Shown: in pieces, positions 9,505 to 19,009 of the stretch
Position numbering within the stretch: position 1 is the first letter of the stretch
How the letters are laid out: every line of letters starts with the position of its first letter
Source: a virus
Taxonomy: Duplodnaviria; Caudoviricetes
Virus record (IMG/VR): IMGVR_UViG_3300025924_000017
Location: 64,001 to 128,000 of that record
DNA length: 64,000 nt
Strand: one strand, 5' to 3'
The notes under the pieces: generated by a model
Told to the model about the DNA's origin: nothing
The model's input: only the letters and a program-made list of their open reading frames with translations
Databases searched by the model: none
Position numbers and translations under genes: made by a program

Positions 9505-9940
9505 GCGCAGGAACATCTACGCCTACACGCCGCCGTGGCCCAGCGACAAGCCGGGCAACGTTCCCTATCTCTCGATCAACCGGGAGAAAGACGGCTCGAC
9601 TTCCGTGCATGTGCGCGGCGAGCCGTACCGCACCGGCGAAGTCGCAGCGCCTCATTGTGTGGGCGCGGGTCACACGGTCTACGCCAACAAGGAAGCGACG
9701 ATCACGCTCCCCACCGAGGAGCACCTCCTGATGCTCATGGTCGGTATCAGCGAGCACATCTACGGCGAAGAGATCACGCAGCGGCTTGGGGCATTCATCC
9801 TGTCCGAGACTTTGAGCGCCGCGACCGTGGTTGAAGACGAACAGATGAGTGAAGACCATCCTGATGAAGAAAGCATCGCTCGCGATCTGCCGGGCAGCGG
9901 CTTCGTCCCAACCTCCACACCGGCACCCGTCACCGAATAA
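9497..9940 (+). CDS. Hypothetical protein
   Basis: Overlapping operon ORF. Confidence 0.65.
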   Translation: MAERRNIYAYTPPWPSDKPGNVPYLSINREKDGSTSVHVRGEPYRTGEVAAPHCVGAGHTVYANKEATITLPTEEHLLMLMVGISEHIYGEEITQRLGAFILSETLSAATVVEDEQMSEDHPDEESIARDLPGSGFVPTSTPAPVTE

Positions 9941-10341
9941 TGGAATTCTGCAAACAGCACTGGAACGAGCTTTGTGCGCACGTGCGCATCCAAGGTCTTT
10001 GGGAATGCCAGATCAGCGATCCCGACGAGATCAAGATGTACCTGCGCATGATCCAAGGCGACATCCGTAATGGCGATGACGCCTCGTTGTTCGACGCGCT
10101 GCTCGCCGCCCAGTACTTGGTTTTGCAGAAGTACTACGAACTCTACGGCGTCGCGACCCTTATCGAAGAGGCGCAGGCGGAAATCGAAGAAGGCAAACCC
10201 GCTGCGGCGCCACTCTGTCAGATGTGCGAGCACGAGAAGCTCCATCCCGGCGGACCCGCCCGCTGGATGCTCGACTGTGTGAGCAACGTGCGCCGGTCGG
10301 CGATCAATCACGGCTTCATCAGACCGGACACGATGCAGTGA
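9940..10341 (+). CDS. Hypothetical protein
   Basis: TAATG coupling. Confidence 0.65.
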   Translation: MEFCKQHWNELCAHVRIQGLWECQISDPDEIKMYLRMIQGDIRNGDDASLFDALLAAQYLVLQKYYELYGVATLIEEAQAEIEEGKPAAAPLCQMCEHEKLHPGGPARWMLDCVSNVRRSAINHGFIRPDTMQ

Positions 10342-10607
10342 AGGATAGCGCGTTCGCCATGACACTGTTCTCTGTCCCCATCATCATCGCAGGCCTGCTG
10401 GCGTCCGCGCTGCATGGTTGCGATCAGGCTGTCGAGGCGCGTGTCTCCAAACCGTTGCCGCCGGTGCATCTGCACAAGATCGCGGACGATGAACCGTGTC
10501 CGACGCGTTCGGCCGAAACCTGTCCGCCGATCCCCGATCCGGATGGCCTCGACGACGGTGTGATCCGCGACGACAGCAAACAGCTTCCGAAAACGGAGAA
10601 GGCATGA
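10338..10607 (+). CDS. Putative lipoprotein/secreted protein
   Basis: Hydrophobic N-terminus ending LHGC. Confidence 0.5.
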   Translation: MKDSAFAMTLFSVPIIIAGLLASALHGCDQAVEARVSKPLPPVHLHKIADDEPCPTRSAETCPPIPDPDGLDDGVIRDDSKQLPKTEKA

Positions 10608-11143
10608 CTGAGCGTCCGCATAAACAGTACGGCGACGACCCGAAGTTCAGTTCCGCACAGATCAGGAATATGGTGACACACGGCACGGTTAGCGGGCGCG
10701 TCTCGCACAAGGTGCCCAATCGCTCGGCGTATCCGTCATGCCGTGTTGCGCACGAACACCCCAACCTTTCGCAGATTGCGAAAGGCGAGCGCACCACGCT
10801 GGAAATCGTCGAGGCCATCGCCAAGACGACTGGTCAGAAGCTCACCCGCAAGCAGATGATCGCCCGCGCCGAGAAGGTCGATGCCATTCTCAAAGGCGAG
10901 CAGCGCGTCGAACTCAAACCCACGATCATCCACGTCAATCAGTTGGTGATCCGCTCGAACGCCAAGCACGGCACGAACGAACCGCCGCTGACCTTTCGCA
11001 AAGGTCGTAACGGCCGCAAGTCCACCCGGGCGCACACTGTCACCGGCGAAGGTCCCTTCGAACTCGTCTATTCGCCTCACAACCCGCTCCCATGCGGCGC
11101 GCGTCTCTGGATCGAGACGTACGGGAAGGTGACACACAAGTGA
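10604..11143 (+). CDS. Hypothetical protein
   Basis: ATGA coupling; C-terminal ELVYSPHNPLPCGARLWIET motif. Confidence 0.7.
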   Translation: MTERPHKQYGDDPKFSSAQIRNMVTHGTVSGRVSHKVPNRSAYPSCRVAHEHPNLSQIAKGERTTLEIVEAIAKTTGQKLTRKQMIARAEKVDAILKGEQRVELKPTIIHVNQLVIRSNAKHGTNEPPLTFRKGRNGRKSTRAHTVTGEGPFELVYSPHNPLPCGARLWIETYGKVTHK

Positions 11144-11400
11144 AGTCCTTCTTCTGCCAATGCGTCGGCATCGACTCCGCCGACTACTGGACACCAATCG
11201 AAGCGCGTCATCCCGATGATGCCGCCGAAGAATACATCAAGCGCTGCGAGGAAGGCTCCGGCGGCGAGATGCTCAACGATCCCTTCAAGGATCGCGAGAC
11301 AGTGCGGGTGAAGAACGCGGACGGCCAAGTCGTCAGCTTCGAGATCACGATGGACTGGTCGAAGGACTACTACGTTCATGAAGTGGGAGCAATGAATTGA
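11140..11400 (+). CDS. Hypothetical protein
   Basis: GTGA coupling. Confidence 0.6.
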   Translation: MKSFFCQCVGIDSADYWTPIEARHPDDAAEEYIKRCEEGSGGEMLNDPFKDRETVRVKNADGQVVSFEITMDWSKDYYVHEVGAMN

Positions 11401-11564
11401 AGAGCAAAGCCGCCGAGTGGCTCACCGTATTCGCGGGCATCGTGCTCGTGATCATCATCAGCTACCAGTTGGTCAGCCCGAAAGCACGAGAGTGTCACGC
11501 GTCCGGCGGCGAATACTTCGTCGTCGATGGTTGCATGCATATGAGCGAGGCAGGCGCGGAGTAA
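11397..11564 (+). CDS. Small membrane protein
   Basis: TTG start coupled to upstream stop; TM segment WLTVFAGIVLVIIISY. Confidence 0.5.
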   Translation: MKSKAAEWLTVFAGIVLVIIISYQLVSPKARECHASGGEYFVVDGCMHMSEAGAE

Positions 11565-11806
11565 TGAAACAGCCCGCGAGTTACCGCGTCATCAAATACT
11601 GGAAGAAGGTCGAACTCGCAGGCCTTCCATTCCACACGGTCTACACACTCATCCCCGAGACCAAGGTCCGGTCGGATGAAATGTCCGACCCGCAATTCGA
11701 CGCCATCGTCGTGGCCGTGAAGGAGGCCAAGCTCTCCTACCAACTCTACACCGTTGCGAAGGAGATGGCGGAGACCAGCGACGATCTGAAGGAGAAAGCA
11801 GCGTGA
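11564..11806 (+). CDS. Hypothetical protein
   Basis: TAATG coupling. Confidence 0.6.
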   Translation: MKQPASYRVIKYWKKVELAGLPFHTVYTLIPETKVRSDEMSDPQFDAIVVAVKEAKLSYQLYTVAKEMAETSDDLKEKAA

Positions 11807-11907
11807 GCTATTACTGGCATTGGGGCGAATGGGGCTTGGGGAAATACAAGGGCCTCAAGAGCACGTTCCTTTTCCTCGGCCCACTCACAATTGCGTGGTT
11901 GCACTGA
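11803..11907 (+). CDS. Very small hydrophobic ORF
   Basis: Coupled at both ends (GTGA, TGATG). Confidence 0.35.
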   Translation: MSYYWHWGEWGLGKYKGLKSTFLFLGPLTIAWLH

Positions 11908-12095
11908 TGCCAATCGTCGATCCCGAGATGGACGATCTGATGAAGACGTTCGAGCGCCACGTGCGTGAAACGGAGTCTTGCAAGCCATGTGAAGGCCTCG
12001 GTGTCTTCCTCGGACAGTTGGGCGCCTCTCTACAATCCAAGAAGTGCAGTCCGTGTAAAGGCACGGGCTGGGTCAAGCGAAGAGACCTCAACTGA
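11907..12095 (+). CDS. Small zinc-finger protein
   Basis: CKPCEGLG and CSPCKGTG (CxxCxGxG) motifs. Confidence 0.6.
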   Translation: MPIVDPEMDDLMKTFERHVRETESCKPCEGLGVFLGQLGASLQSKKCSPCKGTGWVKRRDLN

Positions 12096-12395
12096 ATGCC
12101 GTACATTCCCAAGCAAGACCGCGAAGCCGCCGCCGATCTTCCAAACACGGCGGGCGAACTCAACTTCGCCATGACGCTGACAGCCATCACGTATGTTGAA
12201 GGCAAAGGCCTCTCGTATCAGACCATCAACGATGTGATGGGCGCATTCGAAGGCGCCAAGCAGGAATTCTACCGCCGCGTCGCCATCCCTTACGAGAACA
12301 GCAAGATCAGTCAGAACGGCGACGTGTATTCCCCGAGCCTCGCGCCCTTCGATCCATCCACCAACCTCCAGTTGGCACCAACACCAAAAGAATGA
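12096..12395 (+). CDS. Conserved phage protein (DUF6899-like)
   Basis: MPYIPKQDR, GELNFAMT, GAFEGAKQEFYRRVAIPYENSKISQNGDVY. Confidence 0.7.
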   Translation: MPYIPKQDREAAADLPNTAGELNFAMTLTAITYVEGKGLSYQTINDVMGAFEGAKQEFYRRVAIPYENSKISQNGDVYSPSLAPFDPSTNLQLAPTPKE

Positions 12396-12712
12396 CGTCC
12401 CAACAGAAGCCTCATAAGGGTCAGATCAAAGACTGGTTCAAGCTGGCCTTCAATCGTGAGATCACCGAGAAACACTACGGCGAGAGCGCCGGTCTCGGTT
12501 TTGCGATTATCGGCACCTTCATCGACCATCCGCAATTCGGATACTCGCCGGGCGGACGTACATCGTGGATCGTCGCGATGAGTGAGCCCGACGATCAGGG
12601 CAACACCGAAGTCGAGACGCGTAACAGCCGCTACACGCTTGTCGGTCCGGGAGTCGTGTTTTCCGATGCGGAAGCGGCCGTGCAGGAGCAGACCGGAAAG
12701 CTTGCCGACTGA
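12392..12712 (+). CDS. Hypothetical protein
   Basis: ATGA coupling; ETRNSRYTL motif. Confidence 0.65.
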   Translation: MTSQQKPHKGQIKDWFKLAFNREITEKHYGESAGLGFAIIGTFIDHPQFGYSPGGRTSWIVAMSEPDDQGNTEVETRNSRYTLVGPGVVFSDAEAAVQEQTGKLAD

Positions 12713-12731
12713 TGCTCCCGGGAGAATCACT

Positions 12732-12941
12732 GTGATCGGTTGGTGGCGAGAACGACGCATGGCATTGCTCGGTTGGTACTACATCGTGTGCTGGCTGGCG
12801 CTCGCCGTCCTGATCTCCGGCATTGTGGCGGGCTCTGTAGGTTCGCTGCTTGGGTACGGGATAGCCTGCACCATCGTGGCCTTGATGTTCGGCGGCTATT
12901 TGCTTGATGCATACCTTTGGCATCGTTCGTCGAGGGGTTAG
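12732..12941 (+). CDS. Small membrane protein
   Basis: Two TM segments. Confidence 0.55.
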   Translation: MIGWWRERRMALLGWYYIVCWLALAVLISGIVAGSVGSLLGYGIACTIVALMFGGYLLDAYLWHRSSRG

Positions 12942-12949
12942 AGCGTCTG

Positions 12950-13162
12950 ATGGCAACCCGCTACTTCATCGGCGTTGACGATAGCTGCCATTACTATCTC
13001 GTGCCGGTCGAGCATCGCGCCGAGTGGAATGATTGGGCGGACTACCAACTGCCCGACGAATATACGGACGCGCAAGCGAGCTACGCATGGACGACGCCAT
13101 CGTATGCACGACGCATCGACCGGTACTCCTCGATCACCTTCACAGACCCGCAAGAGCACTGA
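12950..13162 (+). CDS. Hypothetical protein
   Basis: Operon ORF. Confidence 0.6.
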   Translation: MATRYFIGVDDSCHYYLVPVEHRAEWNDWADYQLPDEYTDAQASYAWTTPSYARRIDRYSSITFTDPQEH

Positions 13163-13476
13163 TGCGTAAAGCCGACGTAGACCGTGCGCTCGCCCACACC
13201 GGCAAACGCTACGACTATATCTTCATCGACGAATACCAACACCTTGAGAAAGCCCCAATGACTTCCGTTCCTGTCCCTCATGTCTCGACCCCGCTGCCGC
13301 AGATGCATCTCGCGATGAACCTCAAGCAGCATCTCTTTGCCTCCACCATGTTCTCGCCGGTCGGCGTCCTGCTCTATCGCGCATTCGAACGCAAGACCAT
13401 CAGTCACATCAAGACGCTTCAGGCGCTCCACACCGCCCGGCGCCAGCGCGAAGCTGCAAGGGGTCATTGGCTGTGA
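13162..13476 (+). CDS. Hypothetical protein
   Basis: TGATG coupling. Confidence 0.55.
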   Translation: MRKADVDRALAHTGKRYDYIFIDEYQHLEKAPMTSVPVPHVSTPLPQMHLAMNLKQHLFASTMFSPVGVLLYRAFERKTISHIKTLQALHTARRQREAARGHWL

Positions 13477-13835
13477 TCAACTTCGCCGAACACAAACCAG
13501 CGACGCTGGAAGAAGCCATCCAGATCGTCGCACAGTATCTCAACGACGAAGAGATCGCGTACATCGAGACCGAAGGTGCCAACTCCGCACACCACGGCTT
13601 CGGTACGCAAATGCGTAACGAGTGGGGCCTCTGGCACAAGTCGCCTCTCGCCAAACACTTCGAGCAACGTTTCGGTCTCGGTCACGCCGACGACATGAGC
13701 GGACTGATTCTGTCCGGCGTCGAAGCAAAGGTGAAGAAACTACCTTTCGACCCTGCGCCCCTCGTCGAGGACTACAAGAAGTTCTGGCGTCAACAGAGCA
13801 TCGATCCGCTGACGCAAAACGAGATCGCCGCATGA
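13467..13835 (+). CDS. Conserved protein (DUF6794-like)
   Basis: HHGFGTQMRNEWGLW and HADDMSGLIL motifs. Confidence 0.7.
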   Translation: MAVINFAEHKPATLEEAIQIVAQYLNDEEIAYIETEGANSAHHGFGTQMRNEWGLWHKSPLAKHFEQRFGLGHADDMSGLILSGVEAKVKKLPFDPAPLVEDYKKFWRQQSIDPLTQNEIAA

Positions 13836-14296
13836 CGACTATCGCATATCGAGACGGCATCATGGCCGCCGACCGCCGCGTCACCCGTAGCGGTTACGTG
13901 ATCGGTATGAAAACGAAAATCGAGAAGGTTGGACGCCTGTTGATCGGCGGCACGGGGTCCGTGGCCGTTATCGACAGCTTTATGGCTTGGGTCCGGGGCG
14001 GTTGCAACGGTGGCTGCCCGCCAATGGGCCTCAAGAGCGCGACCGACGATGAGTACTCGGGGACCGGATGCATCATCATGCCGAACGGACGCGCCGTCCT
14101 CTTTCATGAAGGCGGTCATGAAGTTCGAGAGGGTCTACAGGATCGTCACGGTCGGGGCTCGTTTTTCGCATTCGGTTCGGGCGTCGATCACGCACTTTCC
14201 GCGATGTGGATGGGAGCATCGGCCGAAGAAGCAGTTCGTGCAGCCTCGGCATTCGATACCGGCACTGGCAACGGCATCGACACGATCCGCCTCTGA
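13832..14296 (+). CDS. HslV/proteasome-beta-like Ntn threonine peptidase
   Basis: MTTIAYRDGIMAADRRVT start, GTGS, AFGSG...ALSAMWMGASAEEAV...FDTGTG. Confidence 0.7.
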   Translation: MTTIAYRDGIMAADRRVTRSGYVIGMKTKIEKVGRLLIGGTGSVAVIDSFMAWVRGGCNGGCPPMGLKSATDDEYSGTGCIIMPNGRAVLFHEGGHEVREGLQDRHGRGSFFAFGSGVDHALSAMWMGASAEEAVRAASAFDTGTGNGIDTIRL

Positions 14297-14394
14297 TGAG
14301 TTGGCGTGATCCCGACATGCTGCTCACCTACGCGATGCTCACCTTCGCATTGCTTCCAGCCGCAATTGCTTTGGTCTCCATCTATCTGTTGTAA
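14296..14394 (+). CDS. Very small membrane peptide
   Basis: TGATG coupling, hydrophobic. Confidence 0.4.
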   Translation: MSWRDPDMLLTYAMLTFALLPAAIALVSIYLL

Positions 14395-14397
14395 TCG

Positions 14398-14628
14398 ATG
14401 TCTTATCGCATGACCGACCGAATGCAGACCGCGCTCGGTTACGACGAATTCGGAAATAATCCGAGCCTGCTCTGCGAGCAGGACCAGATCACGCTCGAAC
14501 ACGGAAACTATCTCCGCGTTTCGGGCGACGCCGAGTGCGGCGTTTGCGGATCACCCTACCGTATTCACCCGGCGGTGCAGGGATGTCTTTGGCTCATTCG
14601 CGGGTGTGATGGTCTCGTGAAACTCTGA
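14398..14628 (+). CDS. Hypothetical protein
   Basis: CGVCG motif; ORF track. Confidence 0.6.
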   Translation: MSYRMTDRMQTALGYDEFGNNPSLLCEQDQITLEHGNYLRVSGDAECGVCGSPYRIHPAVQGCLWLIRGCDGLVKL

Positions 14629-14792
14629 TGTCTGCTATCGCTGCTATCCTCGCCATCTTCCTCTTCGTGCGCCTCCTAGCCGTAATCGATCCCGACGAGA
14701 TCGGGCGTCGAGCGGCTACGGTTTGCTACATCGTAATGTTCGCGGCTATGGCGGTCTTCGGCTTCGCGTTCGCCCATGCGGTGCTGCCATGA
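14628..14792 (+). CDS. Small membrane protein
   Basis: Coupled at both ends; two TM segments. Confidence 0.55.
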   Translation: MSAIAAILAIFLFVRLLAVIDPDEIGRRAATVCYIVMFAAMAVFGFAFAHAVLP

Positions 14793-15058
14793 GCGACTTC
14801 GAGCGCGCCTTGCGTGGCTGGCGCCTGACCACAGCCAAGATTTTCTACTTCATGCCGGACGCACCGCTGGTGGTGAATCCACATTGGTTCCTCTGGCAGA
14901 AGCTCGACAAGGCCCCGAGTTTTCCGATCCTCAACGCGTACCTGCGTTGGTGGGAAGAACACATCGAGGGCAAGCTGCACTCCGTACAGGTCGCGGTGAG
15001 TGGCTTGTTGGCGCCCACAGACCTTCAACTCCGAGACGGTGAGTATCGACTGCAATGA
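14789..15058 (+). CDS. usg: Usg family protein
   Basis: LTTAKIFYFMPD...FLWQ.LD.AP.FP.L..YL.WW...IEGKLHSVQVA...L..DGEYRLQ matches remembered Usg-family pattern. Confidence 0.8.
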   Translation: MSDFERALRGWRLTTAKIFYFMPDAPLVVNPHWFLWQKLDKAPSFPILNAYLRWWEEHIEGKLHSVQVAVSGLLAPTDLQLRDGEYRLQ

Positions 15059-15270
15059 GCTACTGGGAACGTACCAAGATTTTTATGGGACTCACCGACT
15101 GGGTCATGGTCGGCGCTTGTCTGATCGGCGCCGTGTTCTGCTTTACCCAGATTGCGATCACACCTCCGGCGACGCTCGGTGTCTTCGTCCTTCCACTCGT
15201 CGCGCTCGCGATTTGGTGGTGCAATGTCTCACCCTATGACCCGAAGATCGGGCAGGGGCCTGAGGATTGA
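15055..15270 (+). CDS. Small membrane protein
   Basis: Two TM segments. Confidence 0.55.
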   Translation: MSYWERTKIFMGLTDWVMVGACLIGAVFCFTQIAITPPATLGVFVLPLVALAIWWCNVSPYDPKIGQGPED

Positions 15271-15713
15271 GTCATCGCAAGTACCCCGGCCCATTCGGCG
15301 TGCCACCCGCAGCCGGAATGTGCCGGTGGTGCGGACTCTGGATCAAGGACGCGGACGGGAACGTCCTGTCGGAGCAGAAGTTCTGCGGAGCGCCCTGCAA
15401 GACGCATTACCAACTGAGAGCCGATCCGCAGAAGATGCGGCAGCACGTCTTCTTCCGCGACGGCGGTAAGTGTGCGCGTTGCGGCTACGTCCACCCGTAC
15501 CTCGATGGTGACTGGGAAGCGGATCACGTCATCCCGCTCATGATCGGACTGAGCGACCCCGCGCTCTTCGAGCCGGACAATGTGATCGTGATGTGCACGG
15601 CGCCGAACCGCTGCCACTACGACAAGTCGGCCGAGGATCGGCGCACATATCGCAAGAAGTTCCGACGCACGATGCGCGACATTTACGCCGAGATCGCAAA
15701 AGAAATTTCATAA
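15267..15713 (+). CDS. HNH endonuclease
   Basis: VFFRDGGKCARCG...WEADHVIPL...DNVIVMC...CHYDKS. Confidence 0.85.
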   Translation: MSHRKYPGPFGVPPAAGMCRWCGLWIKDADGNVLSEQKFCGAPCKTHYQLRADPQKMRQHVFFRDGGKCARCGYVHPYLDGDWEADHVIPLMIGLSDPALFEPDNVIVMCTAPNRCHYDKSAEDRRTYRKKFRRTMRDIYAEIAKEIS

Positions 15714-15748
15714 TTCATTCGTTGACGAATGACGTCAAAGACGGCACG

Positions 15749-16726
15749 GTGTCGCCATACACGACATCGCCCCGAAAGAACCCCGTGCGCCGCATCCTGC
15801 CTTGTGACGACTTCCGCCCCGATCAGCTTCACGTCATCTCGGTCCTATCGAACCCGATCCGCTACGAGTCGCGCCTCTCGCTGTTTCGCGAGTATGTCGA
15901 GCGCATGACGGCTGCGGGCGTCACGCTCTGGATCGTCGAGGCCACATTTGGCGAGCGCAAGTATCAGGTCACCAACGATGGGAACGTCCATCACATCCAA
16001 CTTCGCTGCGACTCCGAAGTTTGGCTGAAGGAGGCGTTGATAAACGCCGGGCGCCGGTTCCTTCCGCCCGACGCGAAGTATATCGGCTGGCAGGACGCCG
16101 ACATCGCATTCGTGCGTAATGACTGGGCGACGGAGGTCATCCACCATCTCCAGCACTTCCCGGTCGTCCAGCCGTTCAGTCACGCGCAGGACCTCGGCCC
16201 GAACTTCGAACCCATGGGTCAACTCGCGATGGGCTTCGCCTTCATGTATCGCGAGCTTTCGATCACCCCCGACAGCGACTACTACACCAAGATGCACCCC
16301 GGCTACGGCTGGTACTGGCGGCGCGAAAGCTGGGATATGGTCGGCGGGATGATCGACATCGGCATCTTGGGCTCCGGCGACCGGCACATGGCGTGCGCGC
16401 TCGTGGGTCACGCCGAGAAGTCCCTCTATTATGGGCTGCACCCCAATTACCGGCGCTCGGTGTTGAACTGGCAGCACCTCGCCAAGGAAGCGGTCAACGG
16501 GAACATCGGCTATGTCCCGGGCACCATCAATCACTACTTCCACGGCCTGAAGGCCGACCGCAAGTACGGCACGCGCTGGAAAATCCTCGTCGAGCACCAG
16601 TTCGACCCCGAGATCGACATCATCCGCGACGGCGACGGCATGTTCCGTCTGCGCGGAAACAAGCCGAAGATGCGTGACGCGATCCAAAAGTACTTCCGCG
16701 CCCGGTCTGAAGACTACCATCCCTGA
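15749..16726 (+). CDS. GT-A fold glycosyltransferase-like protein (start uncertain)
   Basis: WLKEALIN, YIGWQDADI (DxD), HPGYGW, ILGSGDRHMA motifs. Confidence 0.65.
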   Translation: MSPYTTSPRKNPVRRILPCDDFRPDQLHVISVLSNPIRYESRLSLFREYVERMTAAGVTLWIVEATFGERKYQVTNDGNVHHIQLRCDSEVWLKEALINAGRRFLPPDAKYIGWQDADIAFVRNDWATEVIHHLQHFPVVQPFSHAQDLGPNFEPMGQLAMGFAFMYRELSITPDSDYYTKMHPGYGWYWRRESWDMVGGMIDIGILGSGDRHMACALVGHAEKSLYYGLHPNYRRSVLNWQHLAKEAVNGNIGYVPGTINHYFHGLKADRKYGTRWKILVEHQFDPEIDIIRDGDGMFRLRGNKPKMRDAIQKYFRARSEDYHP

Positions 16727-16837
16727 TTTGCACCCGACTTGACGGAAAAGCCCGTCAAATAAGGGTTTCTTGCGTGTTCTGTCGTGCCGCCGAGGAGGCC
16801 AACCCTCACCGGTAGCACGATACGTCAACACTTGCAA

Positions 16838-16870
16838 GTCGTAAATCTTGACATTGTGAAGAAATTAAAG
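16838..16870 (+). promoter_or_regulatory. Promoter-like site upstream of scaffold gene
   Basis: GTCGTAAATCTTGACA. Confidence 0.5.
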
Positions 16871-16989
16871 TACAAACCTCATCATCCCGATAGACGACGC
16901 CAACCCCCGAGGTCGCCGTCATCTTTCTCCCCAAGAGCACGGGTCGTGCTCCCCACCCTGCGGGTCGCAGGTCTCCAGAGAAAGTGCGT

Positions 16990-17775
16990 ATGCCGAATAT
17001 CTTTTACGAGTCGCTGGACTCTGTTCCAGACGATTTCAAGTCCATCGCCAAGGAAGTCGATGGCAAGTTTGCAATCAACGTCGTGCCCCGTGCATCCGTT
17101 GACGAGTTTCGCGACACGAACATCGCGCTCCGGAAAGAGCGGGACGATCTGGTCGCAAAGGTGACCGCGTACAGCGGCATCGTTGGTGAAGACCTCGACG
17201 GTTTCACCAAGAACCTTGAGGACCTCCGGACCACGAAGCAACGCGTGGTGGACGGTGAACTCAAGGAAGGTCGCCAGATCGAGGAAGCCCTCGGCAAGCG
17301 TACCGAAGAATTGCGTAAGGGCTACGACTCACAGGTCCAAGGCCTCAGCAAAGAGCTTGCAGCGTACAAGGATCGCTATGCAACGCTCGACAACCAGTAC
17401 AAGCGCGGTCTGGTCGCATCGGCGATCAAGGACGCGTGTGTGTCGGCCGATAGCGGTGTGGAACCGCAGGCCATCGAAGACATCATCGCCCACGCCCACG
17501 GTCAGTGGCGGGTCGATGATCACGGCAAGATCGTGGCGTTCGATGGTGAGGCGCAACTTTTCGGCTCGGACGGTGTGAACCCGATGTCGCCGAAGGAATG
17601 GGTCGCGAAGCTGCGGACGGTGAAGCCGTTCTTCTTCAAGCCCACTCAGGGTGGCGGCTCCGGCGGCGACACGACGAAGAAGGTCCACGGCTACAACCGC
17701 GAGGACATCTCGAAGATGACGGCGGCACAACGCCTCGAACTGGCGAACACCCACGCGGGACGCCGTTCGGCCTAA
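16990..17775 (+). CDS. Putative capsid scaffolding protein
   Basis: Coiled-coil, P.FFF...GGGSGG tail, directly before the MCP gene. Confidence 0.75.
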   Translation: MPNIFYESLDSVPDDFKSIAKEVDGKFAINVVPRASVDEFRDTNIALRKERDDLVAKVTAYSGIVGEDLDGFTKNLEDLRTTKQRVVDGELKEGRQIEEALGKRTEELRKGYDSQVQGLSKELAAYKDRYATLDNQYKRGLVASAIKDACVSADSGVEPQAIEDIIAHAHGQWRVDDHGKIVAFDGEAQLFGSDGVNPMSPKEWVAKLRTVKPFFFKPTQGGGSGGDTTKKVHGYNREDISKMTAAQRLELANTHAGRRSA

Positions 17776-17894
17776 CCGGTCCGGAAGGACCTGACAGATC
17801 GGTCGGCGCGAGAGTGAGAAAGCTCTCGCGCCTGACCACCAAACGAAAGCCCGATCAACGGCGCGCTCGCGACGGATCGGCACACGAAATTCGA

Positions 17895-17920
17895 TGTCAC
17901 GAAAATATATTTTCGTGACA
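17895..17920. promoter_or_regulatory. 26-bp perfect palindrome (operator-like)
   Basis: TGTCACGAAAATATATTTTCGTGACA upstream of the MCP gene. Confidence 0.6.
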
Positions 17921-18022
17921 CGCAACGAATTCCCTCGGGGCTGCTGAGCACCCGGGGCGATCCCGAGGCGGGGGCCGTCTCGAAAGCTCGGCAATCAAAA
18001 ACCCAAGGGAAATTGAGTCACC

Positions 18023-18958
18023 ATGACTGCTCTTACGCTTCTCCAAGCCGCTGCACAGGTGCAGGGTCAGGATGAGATCAAGCGCGGCGCGATCATCGAG
18101 ATGTTCGCGGCGCCCGACGTTCTCAAGTACCTGCCGTTCATCAACGTGCCCGGCAGCGCATACACCTACATCGCAGAAGGCCAGCTTTCCGGCGTCGCCT
18201 TCCGTGGTATCAACGAGTCTTACGGCACCTCGACCGGCGTCGTGAACCCGGAAACCGAACGCCTCCGCATCGTCGGCGGCGACCTCGACGTCGATAAGGC
18301 CCTCATCAAGACGCACGGCGCGGGCATCCGCTCGACGCAGGAGCGTATGAAGGTCAAGGCGCTGTCGCTGTACTACGCCTCCAAGATCGTCAACGGCGAC
18401 TCGGAAGCCGATCCGCGTGAATTCGACGGCCTCCGCAAGCGCATCACCGGCACCCAGCTTTTCGCGGCTGGTTCGTCCAGCGGCGGCGACGCCCTGAGCC
18501 TCGCGGTTCTCGACGACGCAATCGATCAGGTCGATGGTCCGACCCATCTGATCATGTCCAAGAAGATGCGCGCCCTGCTCTCGCAGGCTGCGAAGAATCC
18601 GAACGTCGCGGGCTACGTGACGTGGGACAAGAACGAGTTCGGCGAGCGGATCATGTTCTACAACGATCTGCCGATCCTCGTGACGGACTACGACTCGAAC
18701 GGCGTTCAGGTCATCGACTTCAACGAAGCCAACCCCGGTGGTGGCTCCGCAGTCGGCACCTCGATCTACGTGGTGAAGCTCGGCGATGACGGCGTTGTCG
18801 GCATCCAGAACGACATCATGGAGGTCAAGGACCTCGGCGAGATGAACGACAAGCCGGTGCTTCGTACCCGCATCGAGTGGCTGACCTCGCTGGCAGTCAT
18901 GAACGGCCGCAGCGCCGCTCGCGTCTGGGGCATCAAGAAGGCGGCGGTGACGGCCTAA
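18023..18958 (+). CDS. Major capsid protein
   Basis: 311 aa after scaffold; LPFINV...VAFRGINE, IVGGDLDVDKAL, NGDSEADPREFDGL motifs. Confidence 0.9.
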   Translation: MTALTLLQAAAQVQGQDEIKRGAIIEMFAAPDVLKYLPFINVPGSAYTYIAEGQLSGVAFRGINESYGTSTGVVNPETERLRIVGGDLDVDKALIKTHGAGIRSTQERMKVKALSLYYASKIVNGDSEADPREFDGLRKRITGTQLFAAGSSSGGDALSLAVLDDAIDQVDGPTHLIMSKKMRALLSQAAKNPNVAGYVTWDKNEFGERIMFYNDLPILVTDYDSNGVQVIDFNEANPGGGSAVGTSIYVVKLGDDGVVGIQNDIMEVKDLGEMNDKPVLRTRIEWLTSLAVMNGRSAARVWGIKKAAVTA

Positions 18959-19009
18959 TCGGTCGCCACCAACCCTTCCTAACTTTCAGGAACAAGGAAA
19001 ACACCTCAG

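Noticed and set aside
17775-17800. SRP RNA suggested by GGTCC-GGAA-GGACC
   Set aside because: Lacks the flanking CAGG/AGCA internal loops; a simple hairpin after the scaffold stop.
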